Part shown: positions 9,445-19,689 of the stretch, piece by piece
How positions within the stretch are numbered: the stretch's first letter is position 1
Layout of the letters: every line of letters begins with the position of its first letter
Origin: Oceanispirochaeta sp.
Lineage (GTDB): Bacteria > Spirochaetota > Spirochaetia > DSM-2461
Assembly: GCA_963666275.2 (NCBI GenBank)
Contig: CAXXOA010000002.1
Location: forward strand, 1,760,001-1,824,000
Direction: 5' to 3'
Length of the DNA: 64,000 bases
Notes under the pieces: generated by a model
Databases searched by the model: none
Told to the model about the DNA's origin: nothing
What the model saw: only the letters and a program-made list of their open reading frames with translations
Program-made: the position numbers and the translations under genes

Positions 9445-10809
9445 ATGAAGGCGCCCGTATTAAAAGAGAGAAACAAACAGGTATACGAAAAAGGGAAAAC
9501 CCCCTTTGATCTGCAGTGCGACCGGAAAAGCGTGGCCGGTTCTGTCAGTCAGAGGGCCTGTGTTTTCTGCGGATCCCGTGTTGTTCTCTATCCGGTGGCC
9601 GATGCTCTCCATCTGGTTCACGGATCCATCGGATGCGCCTCCTATACCTGGGATATTAGAGGGTCGATGAGTTCCGGAAGGGAACTTCACCGGCTCTGTT
9701 TCTCCACCGACCTGAGAGAAAAAGATGTTATCTACGGCGGAGAGAAAAAGTTATACGAATCATTAATGGAACTGGTGGAAAAGCATAAACCCGCAGCGGC
9801 TTTTGTCTACAGCACCTGTATTGTCGGAGTGATCGGGGATGATGTGGAAGCCGTCTGCAGGAAAGCATCCGCTCAGCTGGGTATCCCTGTGATCCCTGTT
9901 CACTCGGAAGGATTCAACGGTACAAAAAAAGACGGCTACAAAGCGGCCTGTAAAGCCCTGGGGCAGATTGTCGGAACCGATGACAGCGGTAAAGTCGCTC
10001 CTGTCAGTATCAACATCCTGGGAGAATTCAATCTGGCCGGTGAGGCCTGGATTATTAAAGATTATTATGAACGGATGGGGGTGGAAGTGGTTTCCATTCT
10101 CACAGGAGACGGACGGGTAGGGGATATCCGCCGCTCCCACAGAGCCGCACTGAATGTGGTTCAATGCTCCGGATCCCTGACGTTCCTGGCAAAGGATATG
10201 GAGGAGAAATACGGCATCCCCTTTAAAAGGGTCTCCTATTTCGGTCTGGAGGACGTTTCCAAATCTCTTTATGATGTGGCCGGTTTTTTTCAGGATAAGG
10301 ATCCTGGAATTATGGAAAGAACCGTCAAAATCGTTCAGGAGGAAGTGAAAAAAGTCTATCCGGCTCTTCAGGAATGCCGGAAAAAACTGGAAGGGAAAAA
10401 GGCCGCCATCTATGTGGGCGGTGCGTTCAAGGCCTTTTCGCTGATCCGGATTCTCAGAAACCTGGGAATGAATGTGGCCATGGTGGGATCCCAGACGGGA
10501 GACAGGGACGACTATGAACAGCTGGCTGCCATGTGCGATCCCGGTACTGTCATCGTGGATGACTCCAATCCTATGGAGATGTCCCACTTTATTATTGAAA
10601 AAGATGTGGATCTGTTTATCGGAGGAGTCAAAGAGAGACCGATGGCTTTCAAGCTGGGGGTGGGCTTCTGCGACCATAACCATGAGAGGAAAACAGCCCT
10701 GGCGGGATTCGAGGGAACCGTGAATTTTGCCAGAGAGGTCTGTGCTTCCGCTCTCAGTCCCGTGTGGAAATTTTCTCCCCGGAGATCCGGAAGGAGTGAT
10801 GCTTTATGA
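9445..10809 (+). CDS. nifE: FeMo-cofactor scaffold NifE
   Basis: SQRACVFCGSR, HGSIGC, YSTCIVG, VQCSGS, DHNHER. Confidence 0.96.
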   Translation: MKAPVLKERNKQVYEKGKTPFDLQCDRKSVAGSVSQRACVFCGSRVVLYPVADALHLVHGSIGCASYTWDIRGSMSSGRELHRLCFSTDLREKDVIYGGEKKLYESLMELVEKHKPAAAFVYSTCIVGVIGDDVEAVCRKASAQLGIPVIPVHSEGFNGTKKDGYKAACKALGQIVGTDDSGKVAPVSINILGEFNLAGEAWIIKDYYERMGVEVVSILTGDGRVGDIRRSHRAALNVVQCSGSLTFLAKDMEEKYGIPFKRVSYFGLEDVSKSLYDVAGFFQDKDPGIMERTVKIVQEEVKKVYPALQECRKKLEGKKAAIYVGGAFKAFSLIRILRNLGMNVAMVGSQTGDRDDYEQLAAMCDPGTVIVDDSNPMEMSHFIIEKDVDLFIGGVKERPMAFKLGVGFCDHNHERKTALAGFEGTVNFAREVCASALSPVWKFSPRRSGRSDAL

Positions 10810-12191
10810 AAGAGGCTGTGAAAGAAAAAAAGGTCGGCTACGCTTCAGCCACCAACCCCTGCCGGCAGTGTATGCCTCTGGGAGCCAGCTGGGCTTTCAA
10901 AGGGATCAAAGGCTGTATGCCGGTTCTTCACGGATCCCAGGGCTGCGCTACCTATATAAGACGCTATATGATCAGTCACTTCCGGGAACCCATTGATATC
11001 GCTTCGTCCAGTTTTGATGAAACCACTGTTATTTTCGGCGGTCAGGATAACCTGGAAAAAGCCATTCAGAATGTCTATCTTCAGTATGAGCCGGAAGTTA
11101 TAGGCGTAGCAACCACCTGTCTTTCCGAAACCATCGGAGATGATGTGGACAGGTTTGTCAAAGCCTTCAAAGCCAAATACGAACTGCCCTGTGAGCTGGT
11201 TTCAGCAAAAACACCCAGCTATCAGGGAACTCAGGAAGAGGGATTTCACCGAACCGTTTATTCTGTTGTCACATCTCTGGCGGGGCAGGAAAAAGGGGAG
11301 GCCCGAGAGGCATCCCTTCCGGAAGTCAATCTTTTTACTCCCATGATTACCCCTGCGGATATCCGGTGGCTGAAAAAGACAGTCCTTTCCATGGGAGGAA
11401 AGGCCACTCTCCTTCCCGATTACAGTGAGACCCTGGACGGGGGGATGTGGCAGGAGTTTCACGCCATGCCTCCCGGAGGAACCTCTGTTTCCGAGATTGC
11501 CGGGATGAACCAGGCCGAAGCCTCCTTGGAGCTGAGCAGTCAGCTCCCTGATGAATGGCGCCCCGGGTACTGGCTGCAGAAGCAGTTCGGTGTTCCCAAT
11601 AATCATATGGGACTTCCTGTGGGAATAGACAGTACGGACCATTTTTTCAGAACCCTGACGGATATTCTGGGAACCCCCGTGTCTCAGGAGACCCTGCAGA
11701 GCCGGGCCAGACTGGTGGATGCCTATGCGGACGGACATAAATACCTTTATGGAAAGAAAGTGGTTCTCTTCGGAGATACTTCCACAGTGGAAGGCCTGTA
11801 CCGGTTTGTTTCCGAAATCGGAATGGACCCTGTTCTCAGTTTTACAGGAAGCCCTGAAGGGATTCTTAAAAAAACACTGGACAGTTTCGGGTCTCCCTCC
11901 GCATCGGAAAATCCTCCCCTGATAAAGGAAAACTGGGACTTCGGTGATGCCGAATCTCTGATCGAGGAGCTCCAGCCGGATCTTCTGATCGGAAACAGCA
12001 AGGGATTCAAGATCTCCCGGAAGCTGGAGATCCCCCTTCTGAGGGTAGGGTTTCCCATTCACGACAGATTCGGGGCTTCCCGGCAGAGGATGCTGGGATA
12101 CGAAGGAACCATGGAGCTCCTGGACAGGATCATCAATGCTCTGATGGAAAGAAAGCAGACCCTGTCCGCCATGGGATACACCTACCTGTAA
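10806..12191 (+). CDS. nifN: FeMo-cofactor scaffold NifN (not fused to NifB)
   Basis: NPCRQCMPLGA, HGSQGCATYIRRY, HFREP, GFPIHDR. Confidence 0.95.
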   Translation: MKEAVKEKKVGYASATNPCRQCMPLGASWAFKGIKGCMPVLHGSQGCATYIRRYMISHFREPIDIASSSFDETTVIFGGQDNLEKAIQNVYLQYEPEVIGVATTCLSETIGDDVDRFVKAFKAKYELPCELVSAKTPSYQGTQEEGFHRTVYSVVTSLAGQEKGEAREASLPEVNLFTPMITPADIRWLKKTVLSMGGKATLLPDYSETLDGGMWQEFHAMPPGGTSVSEIAGMNQAEASLELSSQLPDEWRPGYWLQKQFGVPNNHMGLPVGIDSTDHFFRTLTDILGTPVSQETLQSRARLVDAYADGHKYLYGKKVVLFGDTSTVEGLYRFVSEIGMDPVLSFTGSPEGILKKTLDSFGSPSASENPPLIKENWDFGDAESLIEELQPDLLIGNSKGFKISRKLEIPLLRVGFPIHDRFGASRQRMLGYEGTMELLDRIINALMERKQTLSAMGYTYL

Positions 12192-12210
12192 TCCTTTGTA
12201 AGTTTTCCCG

Positions 12211-12233
12211 GTCCCTGAGCGGAGTCGAAGGGG
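12211..12233 (+). repeat. REP-like CCCTGAGCGGAGTCGAAG element between nifN and nifB
   Basis: gtccctgagcggagtcgaaggg; a reverse-complement copy with one substitution (cttcggctccgctcaggg) lies at about 42673-42690. Confidence 0.65.
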
Positions 12234-12300
12234 GAGAAGGTAAAACCTTTTCTTTATAAGAATTTTTTAGTCGGTTTCGAACCGGCTTTAGGAGAAGAAT

Positions 12301-13560
12301 ATGAGCGAAAGAAAGATTGTATCACTGGAGAACCATCCCTGCTTTAACGAGGGCGCCTGTCATGATCATGCCAGGATCCATCTGCCTGTTGCCCCCAAGT
12401 GTAATGTGCAGTGCGGATTCTGCAACAGAAAGTATGACTGTGTGAACGAGAGCCGTCCCGGGGTTACAAGTTCTGTTCTCTCTCCTGCCCAGGCTCTCTA
12501 TTATCTTCAGAAATCCATGGAGAAAAGATTCTATGATGTGGTGGGCATCGCCGGTCCCGGTGACCCCTTTGCCAATGCAGAAAAGACCATGGAAACCCTG
12601 TCCCTTGTGCACGCGGCCTATCCGGAAGTGATGCTCTGTGTGGCAACCAACGGATTGAATCTGCGCCCCTATATCGGGGAACTGGCGGAGCTGGGTGTTA
12701 CCCATGTGACTCTGACAATCAACGGGGTTGATCCGGAAGTGGCGGGCAGCGCCTACCGCTGGATGCGGCCGGGAAAAAAGGTCCTCAGGGGAGCGGAAGC
12801 CGGGGCCTATCTTATAAACGAACAGCTTCAGGCTATACGGGAACTCAAAGAGCACGGGATCCTTGTCAAAATCAACAGCATCGTAATTCCCGGAGTGAAT
12901 GATTTTCATATTCCTGAAATAGCAGCGAAAATGGGCGAACTGGGGGCGGATACTATGAACTGCCTTCCCCTGATGCCTGTAAAGGGAACCGATTTCGGTG
13001 AGCTGGAAGAACCCGATGCAGGGACCATTTTTGAACTGAGAGCTAAATGCCGGGAACACCTTCCTCAGATGGGACACTGCCGGCGCTGCCGGGCCGATGC
13101 GGCGGGGCTCCTGGAGGAAGCCATGGGTGAAGGAACCGCCGGGCTTCTCCGCGAGGCAGCATCTCTGCCTCTCAATCCCTTTGAAAAACGGCCCTGTGTG
13201 GCTGTGGGAACCATGGAAGGGGTTCTCATCAACCGTCATCTGGGGCACTGCGATATGATGAAGATCTATAAAGAAGAGGAAGACGGATATGTTTTTCTGG
13301 AAGACAGGGCCATGCCCGCGCCCGGAGGGGGCGATGAAAGATGGTTCGGAATCGCTTCGATCCTGGCTGACTGTTCGGATGTTCTTGTCAGCGGTATCGG
13401 GGGCCGACCCGATCAGGTCCTGACCGAAAAGGGAATCAAAGTCCGTCAGGTGGAGGGGCTCATTGAAGACGCCCTCAAGGGTCTGAAGAGAGGGGAAACC
13501 CTGTCCTATATGGCTGTACGGAAAAAGGTCTGCAACGGGAATGCGGCCGGTTGTGCCTGA
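12301..13560 (+). CDS. nifB: Radical SAM FeMo-cofactor biosynthesis protein with C-terminal NifX-like domain
   Basis: HPC, RIHLPVAPKCNVQCGFC, ESRPG, AGPGDP, CRRCRADA; NifX-like domain with NRHLG. Confidence 0.97.
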   Translation: MSERKIVSLENHPCFNEGACHDHARIHLPVAPKCNVQCGFCNRKYDCVNESRPGVTSSVLSPAQALYYLQKSMEKRFYDVVGIAGPGDPFANAEKTMETLSLVHAAYPEVMLCVATNGLNLRPYIGELAELGVTHVTLTINGVDPEVAGSAYRWMRPGKKVLRGAEAGAYLINEQLQAIRELKEHGILVKINSIVIPGVNDFHIPEIAAKMGELGADTMNCLPLMPVKGTDFGELEEPDAGTIFELRAKCREHLPQMGHCRRCRADAAGLLEEAMGEGTAGLLREAASLPLNPFEKRPCVAVGTMEGVLINRHLGHCDMMKIYKEEEDGYVFLEDRAMPAPGGGDERWFGIASILADCSDVLVSGIGGRPDQVLTEKGIKVRQVEGLIEDALKGLKRGETLSYMAVRKKVCNGNAAGCA

Positions 13561-13647
13561 TATCTGGAATCTTGATAAAGAGGCCTGGAAACTGAGCTTT
13601 ATCAGGAGTCTTTTTAATATATAGGAATGGGAAAGGAGTCTATTGAA

Positions 13648-13956
13648 ATGGAAAAACCGGATAAGCATATTTTAGTATGCGGAAGTTTCAGAGCATCGGG
13701 AGAACCCCAGGGGGTCTGCTACAAGAAAGGGACCGGTGACTGGCTGGGTTACCTGGAATCGGAGCTGCTGGACAGGGGACTGGAAGGCGTTATGGTTTCG
13801 GCTACTACCTGTCTTAAAGTCTGTGACCGCGGACCGGCAATGGTTGTCTACCCCGACAATATCTGGTACGGCGGAATCAGCGGTGAGGATGATCTGGATG
13901 CCATCCTCGATGCGATGGAAGACGGAGAAGTGGCAGAAGATTTTGTCATAGCCTGA
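13648..13956 (+). CDS. Thioredoxin-like [2Fe-2S] ferredoxin (nif-associated)
   Basis: HILVC...GVC...TTCLKVCDRGP.MVVYP...WYG; GGAG RBS. Confidence 0.9.
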   Translation: MEKPDKHILVCGSFRASGEPQGVCYKKGTGDWLGYLESELLDRGLEGVMVSATTCLKVCDRGPAMVVYPDNIWYGGISGEDDLDAILDAMEDGEVAEDFVIA

Positions 13957-13964
13957 GAAAACAG

Positions 13965-13997
13965 AGGCGGTTCAGCACAGCTGAATCGCCTTTTTTT
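13965..13997 (+). terminator. Rho-independent terminator of the nif structural operon
   Basis: aggcggttcag-caca-gctgaatcgcc hairpin followed by T7. Confidence 0.85.
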
Positions 13998-14007
13998 ATT
14001 TATAACA

Positions 14008-14049
14008 CACCTATTTGTAGGATGAATCTTCTATTACTACCATTATGTA
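14008..14049. promoter_or_regulatory. Pair of YAC-N6-GTA sites upstream of nifV
   Basis: cac-ctattt-gta 14008-14019 and tac-cattat-gta 14038-14049. Confidence 0.6.
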
Positions 14050-14147
14050 TTATATTATTACTTGAGAGGTATGTCTTTCTCCTGGCTTGTGGGGGTAAAT
14101 TCTTTATGGGTAAGTAAATAACAATTCATGTGGAATATTTGTTTTTT

Positions 14148-14163
14148 TGGCCTGCTTATTGCA
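14148..14163 (+). promoter_or_regulatory. sigma54 -24/-12 promoter of nifV and the activator gene
   Basis: TGGCCT-GCTTA-TTGCA; GG 14149 and GC 14161. Confidence 0.8.
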
Positions 14164-14178
14164 TTTATTAGGGAGTAT

Positions 14179-15309
14179 ATGGTTCAACTACCCAATGCAA
14201 TAATTGACAGTACTCTCAGGGAAGGTGAACAGACTCCCGGAGTTGTGATGGGAGCAGAAGAGAAACTCCGCCTTGCCGAATCTCTGGTCGATGCCGGTTT
14301 AAAAGAACTGGAAGCGGGGATCCCGGCTATGGGAGGCGATGAGATCCATCTTCTGAAACAGCTAAGATCACTTAATGCCCGGATAATCTGCTGGTGCCGG
14401 TCTCATATAACAGATATTGAGGCGGCCCTCCTCTCCGACACAGGAGCAGTGCATATCAGCCTGCCTGTTTCGGATTGTCAGCTGAAGGTTATGGGGCATT
14501 CCTGGGAATGGGTACTGGAGGAGTTGAATGAGAAAGGGCGGTATCTGAAAGGCCGTACAGGATTTTTATCAGTCGGTGCCATGGACGCGTCACGTTGTCG
14601 GACAGACCGGTTGAAAGAGTTTATATCCCTTGCGGCGGAGTCGGGATTCGGAAGAGTCCGACTGGCCGATACCCTGGGTATCTGCTCGCCCGAAACCATT
14701 GATCAGTGGAGCAGTGACCTGGCTCCCTGGCTCCCCCTGCTGGAGTTTCATGGTCATAATGACCTGGGAATGGCTGTTGCCAACTCCCTGTTTGCCATCA
14801 GAAAAGGGTTCGGTGCTGTGAGTACCACCCTTTTCGGGCTGGGGGAACGAGCGGGGAATGCTCCCCTTGAGGAAGTCCTGCTGGCCGGACGGGTTCAGCT
14901 GAACCGGGATTTCGGCATTTCCCTTAAAAAAGTGGCTCACCTGGCCAGGAGAGCCGCCGCTCTGGCGGGAGAGAGCATTCCTGCCAGAAAACCTCTTCTG
15001 GGGGAACGCATCAATCATCATGAATCTGGTATTCATGTAGCGGCCCTTCTGGAGGACAGATCAACGTTTACTCCCTATGATCCTTCCCGCTGGGGAGGGG
15101 AACCCCTGGAGTTTGTCTGGGGCAGACACAGCGGAAGAAAAGGACTGGCCTTCCTGTTGAAGGAAGCCGGATTCAACCCGGATGATCAGTCGCTGGTTCA
15201 TCTGCTTCAATTTGTAAGAAACGAGTCGGCCCGACGCGGAAGAGGGCTGACAAAAGAAGAAATACTCATGTACTACAAGGGAATCACATCACCCGAAGGA
15301 GTTGCATAA
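14179..15309 (+). CDS. nifV: Homocitrate synthase
   Basis: [39 protein letters not shown]; nif context; ATG 14179 follows GGGAG. Confidence 0.88.
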   Translation: MVQLPNAIIDSTLREGEQTPGVVMGAEEKLRLAESLVDAGLKELEAGIPAMGGDEIHLLKQLRSLNARIICWCRSHITDIEAALLSDTGAVHISLPVSDCQLKVMGHSWEWVLEELNEKGRYLKGRTGFLSVGAMDASRCRTDRLKEFISLAAESGFGRVRLADTLGICSPETIDQWSSDLAPWLPLLEFHGHNDLGMAVANSLFAIRKGFGAVSTTLFGLGERAGNAPLEEVLLAGRVQLNRDFGISLKKVAHLARRAAALAGESIPARKPLLGERINHHESGIHVAALLEDRSTFTPYDPSRWGGEPLEFVWGRHSGRKGLAFLLKEAGFNPDDQSLVHLLQFVRNESARRGRGLTKEEILMYYKGITSPEGVA

Positions 15310-15311
15310 AC

Positions 15312-16922
15312 ATGTCGGAAAAATGCCGCCAGTGTCAGGGCGAAGTCTGGGATGAGTTGGATTTTATTGCCCGGATCAGCCGAAATCTTCTGGCTGGAGA
15401 AGATATAGACAGTATTCTCAGGCGTGTTCTGAATGAACTTTCAGAGCATCAGAAGTATAAAAGGGGAATGATATCTCTTTTTAACAGAAAAGCAGGATCC
15501 ATAAATATCAAAGACGCCTATGGGGTGACTCCGGAGGAACAGGCCCGGGGGATCTACTATCCCGGTGAGGGAATCACCGGTGAAGTCGTTGAGACCGGTT
15601 CATCCATTATGGTTCCCAGAATCCGAAAAGACAGAAGATTTCTGAACAAAACAGGCATGTCCGAAGATCTCCTGGACAGTGCTTTTATCTGTGTTCCCAT
15701 CAGGACAGGGCATCAGATCATAGGGACCCTCAGCGCTGTGAGGGACAATCCCGATACCAAAGGGGATGCGGAGTTCCTCCGGGGAGATGAACGGCTCCTG
15801 CAGATTGTGGCATCCATGATCGCCCAGGCTGCCCAGGTGTCCCGTTCCCGGGAAGAAGAGAATATGCAGCAGATGCGGGAGCAGCTGAGAGACGAAGAGT
15901 CGGGTCAGCTGAAACCACCCAATATCATCGGAAATTCCAAGGTCATGCAGCCAGTGTATCAGATGATTTCAAAAGTGGCTCCTGCGGCATCAACCATACT
16001 GATCCTGGGAGAGAGCGGTGTGGGAAAAGAGCTGGTGGCTGAAGCGATTCACTATGCCAGCACCCGAAGCGACAGGCCTTTCATTAAGCTCAACTGTGCA
16101 GCTCTGCCTGAAAGTATTATTGAAAGCGAACTGTTCGGCCATGAGAAAGGAGCTTTTACCGGGGCTGTTTCTCTGCGGAAAGGCCGGTTTGAACTGGCTC
16201 AGGGCGGGACTCTTTTTCTGGACGAGATCGGGGAAATCGGGCTGGGAATCCAGGCGAAACTCCTCCGTGTCCTTCAGGAGCGGGAGTACGAGAGAGTCGG
16301 GGGAACAGAAACTCTGAAAGCCGATGTAAGGATCATTGCGGCTACCAATAAGAATCTGGAACTGAAAGTCCGGGACGGGGAGTTCCGGGAAGACCTCTAT
16401 TACAGGCTGAATATTATCCCCATTACAGTCCCTCCCCTGAGGGAACGGAAAACGGATATCCTCCTTTTAAGCGATTTTTTCATAGAGAAATACAACAGGC
16501 TCAACAGAAAGGATGTTCACAGGATTTCCACTCCCGCCATCGATATGCTCACAGCCTATCACTGGCCCGGAAATGTCAGGGAACTGGAGAACTCCATAGA
16601 GAGAGCGGTTATTCTCAGCGAGGACAGTGTGATACACGGCTATCATCTCCCTCCCTCCCTGCAGATGGCGGATCCCCATTTCAAGGATCAGCCCTATGCG
16701 GGAACGCTCCAGCAGAAGCTGGATTCCATTGAGTACGAGATGATTGTGGAAGCTTTGAAATTCACACGGGGAAACCTTTCCCGTGCGGCGGAACGGCTGG
16801 GCCTTACCAATAGAATGATGGGGATCCGGGCCAAAAAGTACGGCATCGATTTCAAAGCCTACAGAAGAGCCTCGGGACTATCCCCCGGCAGTGACGAGGA
16901 AGATGAGTCCTATACGGCCTGA
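15312..16922 (+). CDS. GAF-AAA+-HTH nif transcriptional activator (NifA/AnfA/VnfA family, AnfA-like)
   Basis: N-terminal CRQC, GAF (GEGITG), [53 protein letters not shown]. Confidence 0.9.
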   Translation: MSEKCRQCQGEVWDELDFIARISRNLLAGEDIDSILRRVLNELSEHQKYKRGMISLFNRKAGSINIKDAYGVTPEEQARGIYYPGEGITGEVVETGSSIMVPRIRKDRRFLNKTGMSEDLLDSAFICVPIRTGHQIIGTLSAVRDNPDTKGDAEFLRGDERLLQIVASMIAQAAQVSRSREEENMQQMREQLRDEESGQLKPPNIIGNSKVMQPVYQMISKVAPAASTILILGESGVGKELVAEAIHYASTRSDRPFIKLNCAALPESIIESELFGHEKGAFTGAVSLRKGRFELAQGGTLFLDEIGEIGLGIQAKLLRVLQEREYERVGGTETLKADVRIIAATNKNLELKVRDGEFREDLYYRLNIIPITVPPLRERKTDILLLSDFFIEKYNRLNRKDVHRISTPAIDMLTAYHWPGNVRELENSIERAVILSEDSVIHGYHLPPSLQMADPHFKDQPYAGTLQQKLDSIEYEMIVEALKFTRGNLSRAAERLGLTNRMMGIRAKKYGIDFKAYRRASGLSPGSDEEDESYTA

Positions 16923-17088
16923 CAGGGGTTCTCCGGATCCCTGTTCAGTTTTAACCTCTCCTTTTTCAGTTGCCTTATTTCCCGGTGGACAGCCGATTCC
17001 GCGGAATGGTCACAGAACTTTTCCGCCGGGTTCTTATTTTCAGCGGGAAAGCTTGTTCTTTCCTGAACTGATGAACTAGAATTAGGGT

Positions 17089-19689
17089 ATGAAAAAGAGA
17101 ACAGCCGCTTTCAGATTTTCATTGGTACCGGCTCTTATCCTTCTCTTCTCCCAGGCGGCACTGACTGCTGATAATCCGGGGTTGTTCTCAGAACCGGGCG
17201 TCATTGATCTCACCCGGGCAGATTTTTCAGAAAATCCTATCGTATCACTGGCCGGTCCCTGGCTTTTCAGTCCCGGGAATGACAGGACAGAACAGCTAGA
17301 GATAGCTGTTCCCGGATCCTGGGCAAAAGCCGGCCTCTCCGAGCAGGGATGGGGAGTTTACACCCTGGATATTCTGCTTCCTCCGGGGAATCATGACTTT
17401 TCCCTCCGGTTCGGTAATATATATTCCTCTGCGGAAATCCGTATCAATGGGAATACTGCAAAAACCTTCGGAGTGGTGGGTACCGGGAAAAGCTCCAATA
17501 TTCCCCAATGGAGTCCCTCCCTGATCACCCTGGAAAATCAGAGTGAAATGATCCGTCTTGAAGTTGTAAGCGGAAATTATACCCATGCCAGAGGGGGGAT
17601 CGCCAATCAGGTTGATATTGGTGTTCCCGCTGCTATGAGGTTTCACTGGGAGCTGAGCCGTCTGGTGGAAATCCTTTTCATGGGAATTGTCCTCTGGATG
17701 GGAATCTATCATCTTCTCTTTGCCTTTCTCAGAAGGGAGAGTGCGGCAGAATCCTTCTCTTTTGCGCTGGCCTGTCTGTTTTTTGCTGTCCGCATGATAT
17801 TTGTGGGGAATTTTCAGATCAGCCAGTTCTTTTCCCCCCGGGTCTGGGGACCTTTTCTGCGAGTGGAGTATCTGCTCTATATTCTTTCCACCTATTTTTT
17901 TGTCAGGTTTCTAGCGCTGCTGTATCCCCGGGAGTACCCCCGCCGGGTGGTTACACTGTATCTGGCTGTAACCCTTCTGTACGGAGGGATTGTCCTGGCT
18001 TCTCCCACGCTCTTTTTCACATCCCTCCTTCCGGTTCATCAGATCCTGCTGATCATCAACTTCCTTCTGGCTGTGATCTTTCTGATCCGGGCTGTAAAGG
18101 AAAAGAGAGACGGGTCCGGTCTGATCCTGGCGGGTATGATCATTGTCCTCCTTTCCGGTCTCAATGATGTTCTGATGTACAAAGTACAGACAATCTTTAC
18201 CAACCTGTCCATTCTGGGATCCGTCCTGTTTATGTTTTTCGATTCTTTTGTCCTGACCCGGGGATTCAGCCGGAAATTTGATGAAGCCGAGGTACTTTCC
18301 TTCAGTCTGCAGGATGCCAATAGCAAACTTGACAGGTCCCATCAGGAGATAGAAAAAAAGAACCGGGAGCTCCAGCTGCTGGCAAGTTCTGACCATCTCA
18401 CAGGCCTTCCCAACCGGATGGCCCTGTTTGAACTTGTGGATAAGGAACTCTCCCGTGCCGGAAGGAATGGAAAGAAAGTGGGCATTATTCTGTTTGATCT
18501 GGATAATTTCAAACAGATCAATGATACCTACGGTCATGACAGCGGTGACCTGGTATTGAGGGAAGTCTCCCGGAGATTGAGTGAAGGCCTGAGAAAAGGC
18601 GATACCATTTTCCGTCTGGGCGGGGATGAGTTCACGGTTATTGTTCCGGATATTGCCGAATCGGGAAATCTTAACCGGGTGGCAGAGAAAATTCTCTCCC
18701 TGCTCAATCACCCTGTAGAAATGTCAGGAATACGCTGCCAGATGAGCTGCAGCCTGGGGATCAGCCAGTATCCGGAAGATGGTGATACAGTCAATATCCT
18801 CCTGAAAAATGCGGATATTGCCCTGTATGAAGCCAAAAATCAGGGACGGAACCGGTTCGTCTGGTTTAACAGGCATATGCAGGAAGTGGCGGAGAACCGA
18901 TATAAGCTGATCAGCCGCATGCCCGATGCGCTGGAATCGGGTGATTTTACCCTCCATTTCCAGCCCCAGATGAATATGAAGAATTACAGCCTCTACGGAC
19001 TGGAGGCTCTTATAAGATGGCAGGATTCCAATCTGGGTTTCCTCTCTCCCGCCGATTTTATTCCCCTTATGGAGGAGTCGGGATTCATACACACCCTGGG
19101 AGACTGGATCATGGATGAAGTCTTCCGCATTTCCCTTCCCTGGATCCGGGAGAATCCGGAGCTTCTCATCAGTATCAACATATCCTCCATTCAATTCAGG
19201 TCTCCCGACTTTCTGGAGCGGCTGGACAGAAAGCTGGGTGCAACGGGTTTTCCCACGGAAAATCTCGTCATAGAGCTGACCGAAGGTGTAATCATGAATG
19301 ACAGTGAAAATACATTCAGAAAACTGGCGGGTATCAGGGAGAGGGGAATCCGGATCTCTGTGGATGACTTCGGAACCGGCTACTCCTCTCTGAGCTATCT
19401 GAAACGGTTTCCTCTGGATCATCTGAAAATAGACAAAACCTTTATCTCCGATCTGTTCAAGACAAGCTTCGACAAGGATATTGTGGCCACAATCATAGAT
19501 CTGGCGGGTATTCTGAACCTGGAAGTGGTGGCGGAAGGAATTGAGACCGTATCCCAGCAGGAGTTTCTGGAATCCCGGGGCTGTTATATCCTGCAGGGCT
19601 ATCTGACAGGGAGGCCCGCTCCGGCAGAGGAGATTGACAGGATTGTCAGAGAAAAAGAGGATGTCAGAGAATTCCTTCAGATGCTCTGA
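17089..19689 (+). CDS. 7TM-DISM-type membrane sensor with GGDEF and EAL domains
   Basis: Signal peptide, extracellular beta-rich domain, about 7 TM helices, DHLTGLPNR, intact GGDEF, EAL and DDFGTGYSS. Confidence 0.9.
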   Translation: MKKRTAAFRFSLVPALILLFSQAALTADNPGLFSEPGVIDLTRADFSENPIVSLAGPWLFSPGNDRTEQLEIAVPGSWAKAGLSEQGWGVYTLDILLPPGNHDFSLRFGNIYSSAEIRINGNTAKTFGVVGTGKSSNIPQWSPSLITLENQSEMIRLEVVSGNYTHARGGIANQVDIGVPAAMRFHWELSRLVEILFMGIVLWMGIYHLLFAFLRRESAAESFSFALACLFFAVRMIFVGNFQISQFFSPRVWGPFLRVEYLLYILSTYFFVRFLALLYPREYPRRVVTLYLAVTLLYGGIVLASPTLFFTSLLPVHQILLIINFLLAVIFLIRAVKEKRDGSGLILAGMIIVLLSGLNDVLMYKVQTIFTNLSILGSVLFMFFDSFVLTRGFSRKFDEAEVLSFSLQDANSKLDRSHQEIEKKNRELQLLASSDHLTGLPNRMALFELVDKELSRAGRNGKKVGIILFDLDNFKQINDTYGHDSGDLVLREVSRRLSEGLRKGDTIFRLGGDEFTVIVPDIAESGNLNRVAEKILSLLNHPVEMSGIRCQMSCSLGISQYPEDGDTVNILLKNADIALYEAKNQGRNRFVWFNRHMQEVAENRYKLISRMPDALESGDFTLHFQPQMNMKNYSLYGLEALIRWQDSNLGFLSPADFIPLMEESGFIHTLGDWIMDEVFRISLPWIRENPELLISINISSIQFRSPDFLERLDRKLGATGFPTENLVIELTEGVIMNDSENTFRKLAGIRERGIRISVDDFGTGYSSLSYLKRFPLDHLKIDKTFISDLFKTSFDKDIVATIIDLAGILNLEVVAEGIETVSQQEFLESRGCYILQGYLTGRPAPAEEIDRIVREKEDVREFLQML

